Notes: generated by a model not told the origin, from the letters alone. 64,000 bases of DNA from Candidatus Bathyarchaeota archaeon (GCA_963717465.1 OY970340.1:32001-96000); one strand, 5' to 3'; shown: positions 11,525-23,180, counted from the first letter of the stretch. Numbers and translations are program-made.

Positions 11525-13988
11525 ATGCAGCCTTTGCCAAAAGAGTATAATTTCACATTAATTGAACAGAAATGGCAGAAAAAATGGGAAGAAATGGGAA
11601 TTAACCGCTACGACTGGAACGATAAAGTACGCCTTCCGTTCAGCATCGATACCCCCCCACCTTACCCATCGGGCGAATTGCACATGGGCAACGTTCTAAA
11701 CTGGACGTACTTTGATATGGTTGCCCGATACAAGCGAATGCAAGGTTACAACGTGCTTTTCCCGCAGGGTTGGGATTGCCATGGTTTAGGAATTGAAATT
11801 CAAGTTGAAAAAGCTCATAACATCCAAAAACGTGATGTGCCAACAGAGCAGTTTCGCGAGTGGTGCATGCAACTTGTTGAAAAATACATTGGCATGATGA
11901 AAGAAGGCATTCTTAAACTCGGCTGCAGCATCGATTGGACCACCGAGTATAAGACAATGAACCCGGATTATTGGCGTCGCACACAACTCAGCTTCGTACT
12001 TCTGCATAAAAAAGGTTACATGTACCAAGGCACGCATCCGGTAAATTGGTGTCCACGGGATGAAACAGCGATTGCAGATGCAGAAGTAGATTATGTAAAA
12101 CGCGAGGGCATTTTGCATTACATTCGCTTTCCGTTTGAGGGCAAAAGCGAATATGCGCTTATTGCAACTTCAAGACCAGAGTTTATTCCAGCGTGTGTGG
12201 CGATTGAGGTGAACCCGGAAGATGAACGATACAAAAAATACATCGGCAAAACAATAATCGTCCCGGTTATTAATCGCGCAGTCAAAGTGATCGCGGATGA
12301 ATGCGTTGACCCGAAATTTGGCACAGGCGTTGTGATGATTTGCACCTATGGCGATAAAGAAGACGTGAAAACAGTCATAAAACACAAGCTGCCAGTAATC
12401 ATGCTTCTAACAGAAAACGGGAGAATCAACGAAAACGGAGGAAAATATCAAGGCTTAACCATCAATCAAGCAAGAGCAGCAATAGTGCAAGACCTATCAA
12501 ACGCTGGATTGCTTGAAAAAACAGAGAAAATCATGCAGGAAGTCGGAGTCTGTGACCGCTGCAAGACACATGTGGAAATTCTTGAACGCAAACAATGGTT
12601 CATGAACACACGCAAATTAACTCAAATAGTGGAGGAAACAGCTAATCAAATCGTTTGGTACCCTGACTACATGAAAAACCGTTTAATCGACTGGGCAAAA
12701 TCTCTTGATTGGGATTGGGTTATAAGCAGACAACGGCTTTTCGCCACGCCGATTCCCGTCTGGTACTGCAAAAAATGCGGCGAACTGATACTGGCACATG
12801 AAGATTGGGTGCCGATTGATCCAAAACTTGAAAATCCAAAAATTGACAAATGCCCAAAATGCGGCTGCAAAGAATTCACCGGTGAAAACGACGTTTTTGA
12901 CACGTGGATGGATTCCTCAATCACCTGTGCAGTACATGCTGGTTGGCCAGACCGTGCTGATTGGAAGCATCTTTTCCCAGCAAGCATGCATCCTTCTGGA
13001 ACTGACATCATCAGAACATGGGCATACTACCTAATGGTTAGGCACTTAGCCCTGTTTAACAGTTCTCCGTTCAACAGTGTCCTAATTAACGGCATGGTTT
13101 TAGGCTCTGACGGCAGAAAAATGAGCAAATCTCTCAAAAACTATGCTGCTGCACCCGAAGTTCTAAACAAGTACGGCGCAGACGCCACACGTCAATGGGC
13201 TGCAGGCGGCGGAGCAACAGGCTCAGATATTCCTTATCGTTCACAGGATGTCGAGTATGGAAGACGCTTCCTTGTGAAGCTGTGGAATGTTTCGGCATTT
13301 GCATGCAAACTTCTTGAGGATTACAAGCCGCAAGCAAAAGCGCCAAATGAGCTGGAATTATTGGATAAGTGGATTCTCAGCAAGGCTGAAAATTTGACTT
13401 TGAAGGTTACTGATGCTCTCGATAAATGCCAGTTTAATATTGCCGTTGAAGATATTCGAAATTTCACATGGCATGTATTCTGTGACTTTTACGTGGAGGC
13501 AGTGAAGGATCGGCTTTATCAACCCCAAGTTCACGGTCAACAAAAAAGGTTAGCAGCGCAATACACACTTTACGAGGTATTGTATCGTGTTTTGCAGTTG
13601 CTTAGCTCCTGTAGTGCCGCATTTAACTGAAGAGATTTACCAGTGCATGTATGCTGACTTCAAGAGTTTTGCAAGCTTGCAGGTTTCAAAGTGGCCACAA
13701 TTCCAGTCTAACCTTGTGAATGAAAACGTGGAAAAGAATGGCGATCTCATTATGGCAGTTATCAGCGAGGTCAGACGCGACAAGGCAGAAAAGAAACTGC
13801 CGCTAAATGCACCAATCAAAAAGTTAACAGTTTACTCGGAAAACGCAGAAAACATAGAGGTTATCAAGTCTACACGAGCAGATATTGCTGGAACCCTAAA
13901 AATAGCGGAAATGCAAGTTCTTAATGAGAAAAAGTCAGAAGGCAGAAAAGTCGGTTCTTCCGACGTATACATAGTGATCAATTATTGA
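11525..13988 (+). CDS. valS: Valyl-tRNA synthetase, with an apparent frameshift near 13600
   Basis: PPPYPSGELHMGN (HIGH), DWVISRQR and KMSKS; C-terminal LAPVVPHLTEEI continues in the next frame. Confidence 0.95.
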
Positions 13989-14002
13989 GGCCTTGATAAG
14001 GG

Positions 14003-14755
14003 TTGGTTAACAACAAAAAAACAAGAAAGGTCGGGTTAATAGGCTGCGGCGCAATCGGCACTGTTCTCGCTCAAGCTATAAAGCGTAAAATTGTAGCATG
14101 CGATGAACTGATCGTTTTTGATGTTGATGCTGAAAAAGCAAAAAAGCTTAAGAAAGAACTCGACTTTCCAGTTGCAATCGCCAATAGTGTAGACGAGTTG
14201 CTTTCAGCTAAGCCTAATGTTGTTGTTGAAGCGGCATCTCAACAAGCTGTTAAAGACTACTTGGATAAGATAATTTCAGGCAGCGATGCGGAATTAATTG
14301 TAATGAGCACTGGAGCTCTACTTGGACTTGACATTTCAAACCGAGTGCATGTGCCATCCGGAGCTATCGGTGGATTGGATGCCCTTTCAAGCGCAGCTAA
14401 CGCTGGAATTGAAGAAGTTGTCTTAATTTCGCGTAAAAACCCAAAAGCTTTAGGGAAAGACAACGTGGAAGAAAAAATTATTTATGAAGGGTTCGCTGAG
14501 GAAGCAGCAAAGCAGTTTCCCCGTGAAATGAATGTCGCTGCAACGTTAGCTTTAACTGTGAAGCCTGCCAGAGTACGTGTTCAAGTGGTTTCTGACCCAA
14601 AAGTTAAACGCAACACTCATGAAATTCGCGTAAAGTGGAGTTTTGGCGAGATGCTTTTGCGTTTTGCTAATGATCCTCATCCAGAAAATCCGCATACAAG
14701 CGCATTGGCAGCTTGGTCAGCGATTAACCTGCTAAAATCTCTATTAAAAGATTAA
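14003..14755 (+). CDS. nadX: L-aspartate dehydrogenase
   Basis: GCGAIG, VEAASQ, PSGAIGGLD, FP..MNVAA and ENP.TS.LAA motifs. Confidence 0.9.
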   Translation: MVNNKKTRKVGLIGCGAIGTVLAQAIKRKIVACDELIVFDVDAEKAKKLKKELDFPVAIANSVDELLSAKPNVVVEAASQQAVKDYLDKIISGSDAELIVMSTGALLGLDISNRVHVPSGAIGGLDALSSAANAGIEEVVLISRKNPKALGKDNVEEKIIYEGFAEEAAKQFPREMNVAATLALTVKPARVRVQVVSDPKVKRNTHEIRVKWSFGEMLLRFANDPHPENPHTSALAAWSAINLLKSLLKD

Positions 14756-14778
14756 AAATTGGACACAGTCAAAGTTTA

Positions 14779-15688
14779 CTACTCGGGCTCTTTTTCAAGT
14801 TCTTTTTTAGCATCTTCGATTGCTCTTTGTTTTTGCTCGTTCAAGACTGGATATTTTAAACCTAAAGACTTTATGCTTGCAGTTATGATGTCTGCTACTA
14901 GTGATCGAGATAGCCACTTGTAGTCTGCAGGAATAACGTACCATGGCGCCCATTTTGTGCTTGTTTTATTTAACATGTCCTCGTAAGCTTTCATGTAATC
15001 ATCCCAGTAATCTCTTTCTTTAAGGTCTGCATCCGAAAACTTCCAGTGCTTACTAGGATCGCTTAAGCGTTCAATAAACCGTTTTTTCTGTTCGTTTTTT
15101 GAAATGTGCAAGAAGAATTTTAGTATTAATGTTCCGTTTCGGGTCAAGATGATGCTCAAAATTCTCGATGTCTTCATAGCGGTTTTTCCAAAACTTGTTG
15201 TTATATTTTCTTTTTGGAAGATTTTGGTTATCTAAAAGGTTTTGGTGAACCTTAACAACCAAGACTTCTTCGTAGTAGGATCGGTTGAAAATGCCAATCA
15301 TGCCCTTTTCAGGCAAAGCCACAACTTGTCGCCACAAAAAATCATGCTCCAACTCTGTAACAGAAGGCTGCTTAAAACTTGTTACAAAACAACCCTGCGG
15401 GTTAACACCTGACATCACATGCTTGATTGTACTATCTTTTCCAGCTGCGTCCATGCCCTGCAAAATCACAAGCACCGCGTAAGTATTGTTTGCGTAAAGC
15501 AACTCCTGTGCTTTCGCGAGTTCCTGCCGGTTTTCCTCCAGCAGTTTGTTAGCCCTATTTCTTTTCCCAGAAATTTTGCTTCCTCATTTTGCGCCCACCC
15601 AGTCTCGAAATCTTTCAGTTTTATTTTTTTCCCTAGGCTTAACTATTGTTAAATCCATGAATCTTTTTGTGCGTTCAACTCGTTCCAT
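14779..15688 (-). CDS. ppk2: PPK2-family polyphosphate:nucleotide phosphotransferase, with apparent frameshifts near 15630 and 15140
   Basis: QGMDAAGKDSTIKHV, FKQPS..EL.HDFLW, FNRSYYEEVL, KFFLHISK, WKFS..D and APWYVIPAD motifs. Confidence 0.9.
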
Positions 15689-15717
15689 TTTTCATTTTTC
15701 CTTGCATTTTTTATTTT

Positions 15718-15963
15718 TCAAGTGAGGGCAGAATTTCTGAGACTTTTCCTTCGTACTGGTTCATAAATAGTTGGTAATGCATTCCACGCATAGCCAGGAG
15801 TTTCTCGTATTTTGCCTCTTTTAATTATTTCTCCGTTGTTTATATAAAGAAATAGGTCTACATTCCGAACGGTGCTGAATCTGTGGGCGATAACAAAGTT
15901 TGTTCTGTCTTCTTGCAGTTTACTTAACGCTTGCTTCTCTAGAAAAACAAACAACTGTTTCAA
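15718..15963 (-). pseudogene. C-terminal remnant of an ABC exporter ATPase
   Basis: Only QAL..L...RT.FVIAHR.STVRN.D...INNGEII is present; no Walker A/B upstream. Confidence 0.65.
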
Positions 15964-16145
15964 AAATGGTCAATAATGCCTGCTTAAACGACGCAAATTC
16001 TCTGTAAAGCTATGCCTTTAACGTCTTAAATTGAATAATGAATTTTTACAATCATTAAACTGCTTGAAAACTTGGCTTGGTATTCAATTATTTCAGAGAT
16101 GACTTGAATATTAAAACTTAGCTAACTCGATTACTAGCAAATTAA

Positions 16146-16191
16146 GCTATTGTGTGGGTTGCAAGTCGTCTTTTTGCTGTTTAGCAGTTCT
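16146..16191. repeat. Highly degenerate copy of the rnpB 3'-end/att-like repeat
   Basis: gctattgtgtgggttgcaagtcgtctttttgctgtttagcagttct resembles 28142 gctgatgtgtggttgtaacccgtctttggtcttagtatttct. Confidence 0.4.
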
Positions 16192-16334
16192 TTATAATTT
16201 TTTATTATACAATAACTTTTTTTATGGTAACACAAGATTTTGCTAAACATTGATAGAATCTTGATTTTAACATAGTGCATACTTATATGAACCTAATAGC
16301 AGATTATACGTAAATCTGCAATAGGTGTAAATCT

Positions 16335-17053
16335 ATGTCTGCATTTGTAAGGCCCGGAGCATATGACTACACGGCGACGGTCTTTTCGCCTGATGGGCGA
16401 CTGTTCCAAGTTGAATATGCCATGGAATTAGTGAATCGAGGAGCAACTATACTAGGGATAAAATGCCCTGAAGGCGTAGTTTTAGGTTCAGAGGAGAACA
16501 ATGAAGTTCTTGAAAGAGCGGATAATTCATGGAAAATCTTCAAGATTGATGAACACATCGGGCAGCTATAGTCGGCTTGAGTTCAGATGCGAGAGTTTTG
16601 ATCGACAAATCCCGAGTTGATGCCCAAAGCAACAAACTAACGTACGATGAACCTATTGACTTAGAAATCGTCACAAAACACGTCTGCGATCTTCAACAAG
16701 TCTACACGCAGCATGGTGGGGGACGACCTTTCGGAGCTGCTCTAATCTTCGGAGGCGTGGATAAAACGGGTCCTCGAATCTTTGATACACACCCAAGCGG
16801 AACATACAGAAGACAAAAAGCCACCGCGATAGGCGCAGGAAGAGAAACAGCTCTATCAATCTTGCAAGAAGAGTACAAAGAAGACATGACCATTGAAAAA
16901 AGCATCAAACTTGCAGTCAAATGTTTGAAAAAAGCCTTAGAAGCAAGGCAACTGCCATTTAGAATAAAGATTGCAGTAATACCAGTTACCACAAAAAAAA
17001 TGGAAATGCTAACTGACGAAGAAATAGAAGGCTTCATAAAAAAAGCTTCTTAA
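16335..17053 (+). CDS. psmA: Proteasome alpha subunit (probable paralog), with an apparent frameshift near 16560
   Basis: AYD...[38 protein letters not shown] and AIGAG motifs. Confidence 0.9.
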
Positions 17054-17142
17054 CATCTTATTTAGAAATAATCTTGCATTTTGTTGCAACAATACTGCAA
17101 TTACAGTTGCTAATTCCTCGGAATTGTAGTTTTGCCCCGAGC

Positions 17143-17652
17143 TTAACCCATCCTGCTACGCATTTGCAGCAGTGACATGCCCACGCCATAAGTGTATATA
17201 ATCGAGTCGGGGGTAACCATGATGAAACATAGTTCTCTATCTTTTTCTACATTCATTTTTTGCATCATGTTAAGCATCATTCGTCCTATTCGGGTTGACT
17301 TTAGCGATTTTGTTGCTCCCTCGTCATCTGATTTGAGAACGTCAGCTTTTCCTTGGAATTGTATGCAACTCATAGGCGCAGATGTAAGCAGTGGTCTGGG
17401 GATAGGAACAACGAATGACACATTAGGATCACGAAGTATATTCCTTACTTTTTTTGTTCCAGTATCGCTCATAATGTATAGGGCAAGCGGTTTTCCCAAA
17501 ATAGACATACTATATGAAACACCTGTAGCGTGCGGTCTACCATCCTTTGAAACGGTGCCGATTATACCAAAACTATGCTTTCTCAGTTCCGACATAATCT
17601 TCTCAAGAGACACACTTGTTCCTATAGTAGTGTCAACAGACGTGCACACCAA
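17143..17652 (-). CDS. Pyridoxamine 5'-phosphate oxidase-like FMN/F420-binding protein
   Basis: GTVSKDGRPH, T.KVRNI..DPNVS and IQFQGKA motifs. Confidence 0.75.
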   Translation of the reverse strand: MVCTSVDTTIGTSVSLEKIMSELRKHSFGIIGTVSKDGRPHATGVSYSMSILGKPLALYIMSDTGTKKVRNILRDPNVSFVVPIPRPLLTSAPMSCIQFQGKADVLKSDDEGATKSLKSTRIGRMMLNMMQKMNVEKDRELCFIMVTPDSIIYTYGVGMSLLQMRSRMG

Positions 17653-17712
17653 CCATCCTTAACCGAGAGTATTTTGAACAATACTTAAGATTTTTGATTT
17701 TAAAAAGCCATT

Positions 17713-17746
17713 GTGCTGCAAAAAAATCGCAATCGAAATCATTAAT
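17713..17746 (+). repeat. Dispersed direct repeat, copy 1 (copy 2 at 24227-24258)
   Basis: gtgctgcaaaaaaatcgcaatcgaaatcattaat vs gtgctgcaaaaatcgcaattgaaatcaataat. Confidence 0.7.
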
Positions 17747-17817
17747 ATCATGACATTTGCAAAACTTGTTTTAAAACAAAGAAATTACAAAAGTTAAAGT
17801 TCGGTTGGCGAAAACGA

Positions 17818-19314
17818 TTAATTAACTTGCCCATATTTTTTAAGAAGGTCAGCGATTGTTGCCTTACGTTGCTCTATGCGAGATTTAAGTTCTTTTTCAG
17901 CTTTTTCTGTATTTTCAGCTATTTCCAAAGCTACTCCCGTGATAGCCAAATTTGCTTCACTTGTTCTTTCAACAGATTCTCTAATTTCTTGTGATTTTTT
18001 CTCGATTAATTCGGCATCTTTTCCCATGTTAGCCGATATTTTCGATGTTTCCTTAGCGTCATTAACAACATTCTCGCTCAATTTCTCAACATTTTTCGCG
18101 ATAGCTGCAACTTCTTTAGCGATTTTCTCCAGATCTTTTGCAGCTGATGTCTGCTCTTCCACTGTGGCTGCTACTTCTTCAGAAGCAGAAGAACTCTCCT
18201 CAGAAATACTAGCAACCTCACTAATTGTCGTTACAACGCTACTTAGTGAGTTAAGACCTCGATCAACGCCCATCGTTAAGTAGCCTACTTTACTAGTCAT
18301 GGTCTCCATGATTTTGGTAATACCCTCAGCTTCCTTAATCGCTTCCAAAACCACCTTCGTACCTTCAGCCGCATTAGTCTGAGACTGAGTAGCAATAGCA
18401 TTCGTCGAAGTCCCAGCATCCTTAATCCCCTTCACAAGGCTGATTGCTGAGCCAGCAGCAACCTTAGACTGACCTGCTAAGCCTTTTACCGCATCAGCAA
18501 CAACCGCAAAACCTCTTCCAGCCTCACCAGCCCTAGCCGCCTCAATCGCCGCGTTCAAAGCCAACATATTAGTCTGACCAGCAATATCCGAGACAGAGTT
18601 AGCCATCTGACCAACCTGCTCAACACTATTAACCATCGAAACCACCGCATCAGACACCTTAGTAATATTAGTCTTAATATCCTCAATAGCATGCAAACCC
18701 TGCTGACCCTTCTCATTAGCATACTTAGACTTCCTCAAAGCCTCATCAGTAACCAAAGAAGCCTCCTTAGCAATACCACCAGCCTCATCCATAACCCTCT
18801 TCAAAGCCTCAGTACTCTTAGCAGCCTCCTGAGAAAGCTCAGCCAACTTCTGAGAACCAGTAGAAACCTGCTGCACCGCGGTACTGACCTGCTGCATACC
18901 TAAAGACATCAAATTAGACGTCTTCTCAACCTGCTTGCCTACATTCTCAGCGCTGATACCAGCCTTAGATACATCTTCTGCGCTTATGACAACTTTTTCT
19001 GCATGGTTACCAGCTTCCTTTGCGGAAGTTGCGAAGTTGCCGACTATATTTGAAGTTTCGATTGCAAGATCGGCAGTTACGACTGTCGTCTGTGCATGCG
19101 TCATAATATCGTCATTAATCTTTTTGGCAGACGTAATAGTAACTTCGTTATTCTTTATCGTTTTTTCAACAAATTGGATATCTTCTTCAAGCTCTTTCAC
19201 ATACATATTCAGTATCTCTTGGTTTTGAGCTCGAAGTTTACTGTTCTCCTCTTCAAGTTGCTCAAACTGCTTTTCATAATGTGAAACTTTCTTCTCTCGA
19301 GGCATAGCTGTCAC
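17818..19314 (-). CDS. Soluble methyl-accepting chemotaxis protein
   Basis: [33 protein letters not shown] hairpin tip; coiled coil throughout; no transmembrane segment. Confidence 0.92.
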   Translation of the reverse strand: MTAMPREKKVSHYEKQFEQLEEENSKLRAQNQEILNMYVKELEEDIQFVEKTIKNNEVTITSAKKINDDIMTHAQTTVVTADLAIETSNIVGNFATSAKEAGNHAEKVVISAEDVSKAGISAENVGKQVEKTSNLMSLGMQQVSTAVQQVSTGSQKLAELSQEAAKSTEALKRVMDEAGGIAKEASLVTDEALRKSKYANEKGQQGLHAIEDIKTNITKVSDAVVSMVNSVEQVGQMANSVSDIAGQTNMLALNAAIEAARAGEAGRGFAVVADAVKGLAGQSKVAAGSAISLVKGIKDAGTSTNAIATQSQTNAAEGTKVVLEAIKEAEGITKIMETMTSKVGYLTMGVDRGLNSLSSVVTTISEVASISEESSSASEEVAATVEEQTSAAKDLEKIAKEVAAIAKNVEKLSENVVNDAKETSKISANMGKDAELIEKKSQEIRESVERTSEANLAITGVALEIAENTEKAEKELKSRIEQRKATIADLLKKYGQVN

Positions 19315-19680
19315 TTGATCAAATCCTTATCCAGATTGTTAATGATTTTTCAATATCTAACTTGCGAATTCACAATACATAGTGTCAGGTTTTTAATTGA
19401 AAACAAATTTATTAACAAATATTTTTTCTTAAGCCACAATATCTTAATTACGCACTATTTAAGTAACATTAGCAAACTAATTATGTTCTATTTAAAAATC
19501 CAACACGACTAAACTTTTAAACCTGTTACAAACAGCCCTAATGAAAAGAAGCAACGTTGCCATAAGGCTTGCAATAAGTGTATGTTCTCTCAGGGTGCTT
19601 GCTGCATTAGTTGTAATATGCCAACACATTATTTTCCGTGCTTTCCTCTCTTCAGAGTGGCTGAGGTGACGAGACGCTCT

Positions 19681-20766
19681 TTATTGACTATCAGATTCTT
19701 TTGGAACATTTTTTTTCTTTGACCTAATATGAATTGGCTTGCTGAAAGCAGAAGAAATAGAATGGAACAGCTTACCAAAAACGGCACCAATACCATGAAA
19801 AACCTTACTAAAATCAATAGATCGCCTAGCTTTTCCCTTAACAGCCTCCTTCGGAACACTCTCCTTCTTCGACTTATGACCTAACTTCCCAAGAGCTGAA
19901 GAAGCAAGATGAAATAGCTTCCCGAAAGCAGCAGTAACAAAATTGAATGCCTTCCCGGGATCAAGGGATCTAACATGCATCTTTCCAGTAGTTTTTGCTT
20001 TCTTTGTTCGAGTTTTAAGAGCAGCAGTTTTAGATTGCAATCGTAGAAAAGAACTCATACCCTTTGAAAATTGCATCATAATTTCATCATGCAGAGAAGG
20101 TTTATCAGATTCTTTTGGAACATTTTTTTTCTTTGACCTAATATGAATTGGCTTGCTGAAAGCAGAAGAAATAGAATGGAACAGCTTACCAAAAACGGCA
20201 CCAATACCATGAAAAACCTTACTAAAATCAATAGATCGCCTAGCTTTTCCCTTAACAGCCTCCTTCGGAACACTCTCCTTCTTCGACTTATGACCTAACT
20301 TCCCAAGAGCTGAAGAAGCAAGATGAAATAGCTTCCCGAAAGCAGCAGTAACAAAATTGAATGCCTTCCCGGGATCAAGGGATCTAACATGCATCTTTCC
20401 AGTAGTTTTTGCTTTCTTTGTTCGAGTTTTAAGAGCAGCAGTTTTAGATTGCAATCGTAGAAAAGAACTCATACCCTTTGAAAATTGCATCATAATTTCA
20501 TCATGCAGAGAAGGTTCAGTAGGAATACTTGAATATCCATGCAGAGTGACAAGGGCATCTACGCTTCCAATTTCAGCTAACGCCTTAACAACCTCGATGC
20601 GTACTTCTAATTTCTTCGATGCGTCAAATATTTTTGATAAACCTTTGACGTTCGCTCTAATCTTCAAGAGATTAATTTTATCAGAATCAGATTTTTTTGA
20701 CTTAAAAAATGGCAACTTCAACTTAATCTTGCTCAAATTTAATTTTGGCAAATTGAAAAATCGCAA
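19681..20766 (-). CDS. Very basic repeat protein: HEAT-like motif plus amphipathic-helix repeats, with an internal 138-aa duplication
   Basis: ORF track; EVRIEVVKALAEIG HEAT-like segment; repeated FGKLFHxxSSA. Confidence 0.55.
   Translation of the reverse strand: MRFFNLPKLNLSKIKLKLPFFKSKKSDSDKINLLKIRANVKGLSKIFDASKKLEVRIEVVKALAEIGSVDALVTLHGYSSIPTEPSLHDEIMMQFSKGMSSFLRLQSKTAALKTRTKKAKTTGKMHVRSLDPGKAFNFVTAAFGKLFHLASSALGKLGHKSKKESVPKEAVKGKARRSIDFSKVFHGIGAVFGKLFHSISSAFSKPIHIRSKKKNVPKESDKPSLHDEIMMQFSKGMSSFLRLQSKTAALKTRTKKAKTTGKMHVRSLDPGKAFNFVTAAFGKLFHLASSALGKLGHKSKKESVPKEAVKGKARRSIDFSKVFHGIGAVFGKLFHSISSAFSKPIHIRSKKKNVPKESDSQ
19689..20516. repeat. Perfect 414-bp tandem duplication (19689-20102 and 20103-20516)
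   Basis: The two copies read identically; period 414 bp = 138 codons. Confidence 0.95.
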
Positions 20767-21191
20767 GCTCCCACTCTCGATTTTTCTTACCTCTATTATA
20801 TATTTAAGACTTACGATTTGCCCCTATTAAGTCAGATTCAAGGCTTTTTTGCGGAATGGACCTCTTATTATCCATGCTTTAGTAGGCTACCTTGAGCTTG
20901 TTTGTTAACCAAGAAACAAGACATAATTATAATCATTAGGCTAAAAACCTAAGCTGACAAACAAGGAACCCCGCAAATGTCTTCCATAAGTGCATTAATC
21001 GCAGATGTTGAAGCCATTCGAAGGATTCTACATACTCCAAATCACACGTTCGTCCAATTGCAAGAAAGTTAACCATTTGGTAAAACAAACGAGCGTTTGG
21101 CTCATTCTGAGGGAGTTCTGTTTATATTTACTTTTGAGAAGATAATTGATCGGGTCTTGAAATCAGATTATATGTTTGACGTGGATAATGG

Positions 21192-21890
21192 ATGCAGGGA
21201 AAAAGTGTTGATAGTCCAGCGATGACTGAGGAAAATGTTGTTGCAAAGGTATCAGAACTACTGGAGACCCTCGATAACATAAAGAAGTATAATGCCTTAA
21301 CCAAGTCTCTCAAAAAATTTTCGTTAATCGTTATTGGTTCAATTGCAATATTTCTTGCAGTTGGCGCATCAATAGGCTTGCTAAACTTGGTCGCGACACT
21401 AGATAAGCCCCAAATACTTATAACTTCAATATTATGGCTCCTCGTTCCAATATGCGGTGTAATTTCAGGCGTTCTCTTCATTAGAAGAAGAGTAAACGCA
21501 ATCAAAATAGGAGAATGGAAGGATGAACTTTCACATGGATTTCCATCAGCATTAAAGATACTACTTGAACTGAATTGGGACGAGACATTTGATGAAATTT
21601 CATCAGGGAGAATTAGCTACGCCATCTATGGTTTGCTGAAAGTAGCTGCGTATTGGATTATAAGTTTCTTTGCGCTGGGACTTCTGGGTAATATTATTGC
21701 CTTCATAATCCTGCATGTGGGAAACCTTTTTGGCGGCCCAATTTGGGCTTTAATATCACTTTTGATAGTTTATCTGTTTTTAAGAAAGGATCTGACAAGA
21801 CGGTATAATGAAATTCGTGCATTGGATAAACTCCTTTGGGAGTTACGGTGGTTTAGCGTTGAGCTTAAGAGAGCCGAGTTCAAAACTTGA
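21192..21890 (+). CDS. Membrane protein (about four transmembrane segments), first gene of the wHTH/ABC operon
   Basis: Hydrophobic segments; overlaps the next gene. Confidence 0.7.
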   Translation: MQGKSVDSPAMTEENVVAKVSELLETLDNIKKYNALTKSLKKFSLIVIGSIAIFLAVGASIGLLNLVATLDKPQILITSILWLLVPICGVISGVLFIRRRVNAIKIGEWKDELSHGFPSALKILLELNWDETFDEISSGRISYAIYGLLKVAAYWIISFFALGLLGNIIAFIILHVGNLFGGPIWALISLLIVYLFLRKDLTRRYNEIRALDKLLWELRWFSVELKRAEFKT

Positions 21891-22152
21891 CCTATACGTC
21901 ATCGCCCGTATTATTAAGGCGTTGAAAGAGAAAGGCAAGATGAATAAAACAACCCTAGCCACATCTACAGGTTTGGCATACGATAAGCTGGTTAGATACT
22001 TGTCATGGATGTCGGAGAAAGGCTTCATAGTAATCGACGATAGCAGTGTACATTTGACTAAGGAAGGCTCAGAGGCATACGATGATCTAGTAAAGTGGAT
22101 AATGAAATACATTGGCCAACTAAAGTTTCCACGCTTAGGACCAAAAGCATAG
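21859..22152 (+). CDS. Winged-helix transcriptional regulator (archaeal HTH_45/ArsR-like)
   Basis: KTTLATSTGLAYDKLVRYLSWM.EKGFI...LT.EG; TTG start inferred. Confidence 0.8.
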   Translation: MSLREPSSKLDLYVIARIIKALKEKGKMNKTTLATSTGLAYDKLVRYLSWMSEKGFIVIDDSSVHLTKEGSEAYDDLVKWIMKYIGQLKFPRLGPKA

Positions 22153-22238
22153 TCAGAGTTTTTTTTATCCATACTCCCTCCGAGTGAGTTCGCCTTTTAA
22201 GAACGCGTAGCAACTTGGCTTTTTTAAGGTGCACTAAA

Positions 22239-23180
22239 ATGGTATCAATTGAAGCAATAAACCTTACAAAGCAATACGGTGAATTCGCAGCTCTCATCGA
22301 TTTAAACCTGAAAATTGAGGGCGCTAAATGTGTAGGTTTCCTCGGACCTAACGGATCAGGAAAAACAACAACCCTAAAAATGTTCACTGACCTGATTAGG
22401 CCAACCAAGGGAGAGGCATTAATCAATGGTCTCAACGTTCACAAACAAAAGAAAAAAGCCTTAGAATCTGTAGGCACACTTATCGAAACACCTGAAATCT
22501 ACTCGTCACTAACACCAAGAGAAGCATTGACGATGATAGCGGAAATTCGCGGAGTACCAGGTGGCGAACGAAAAAAGCAAGTGGAAGAAGCCATGGCTGA
22601 AGTGCATATGGAAGAGTGGATTGATAAGCGAGTAGGCAAGTTTTCAAAGGGCATGAAACAAAGAGTGGACATCGCTTCAGCATTACTTAGTAATCCAGAT
22701 ATTGTCTTCTTAGATGAACCAACGACTGGACTGGACCCCAGAGGCATGAGCGAAGTCAGAAGTATAATCAAGACGCTTAAGAGCAAAAACAGGCTCATCT
22801 TTATGAGTTCTCATATTCTGAGCGAAGTTTCAGATGTGTGCGACGAAGTTGCGATGATAAATCATGGAAAACTGATCGTTTATGATTCGATTTCTAAAGT
22901 AACCGCAAGGTTCTCAGGTGGAAACAACGTTGTGGAGGTTGGGCTTCAGCATCCAATTGATGACAAGATTTTGACCAAATCAATTTCAGTATTTTCAGGT
23001 GTAGTTAGTACTGAAAAAATAGATGACAAAAGCCTCAAGATAGGGTTTAGCGGAGGATTGAATGAGCAAGAGCAACTCCTCAATTACCTTGTTAAATTGA
23101 ATATCGGCGTCATCAGCTACAAACCTGCAACTTCGGAACTCGAGGATGTATACCTAAAATTAATAACTGCTACGCTGTGA
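22239..23180 (+). CDS. ABC-2 type transporter ATP-binding protein
   Basis: GPNGSGKTT, FSKGMKQR, LDEPTTGLDP and SSH motifs. Confidence 0.95.
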   Translation: MVSIEAINLTKQYGEFAALIDLNLKIEGAKCVGFLGPNGSGKTTTLKMFTDLIRPTKGEALINGLNVHKQKKKALESVGTLIETPEIYSSLTPREALTMIAEIRGVPGGERKKQVEEAMAEVHMEEWIDKRVGKFSKGMKQRVDIASALLSNPDIVFLDEPTTGLDPRGMSEVRSIIKTLKSKNRLIFMSSHILSEVSDVCDEVAMINHGKLIVYDSISKVTARFSGGNNVVEVGLQHPIDDKILTKSISVFSGVVSTEKIDDKSLKIGFSGGLNEQEQLLNYLVKLNIGVISYKPATSELEDVYLKLITATL

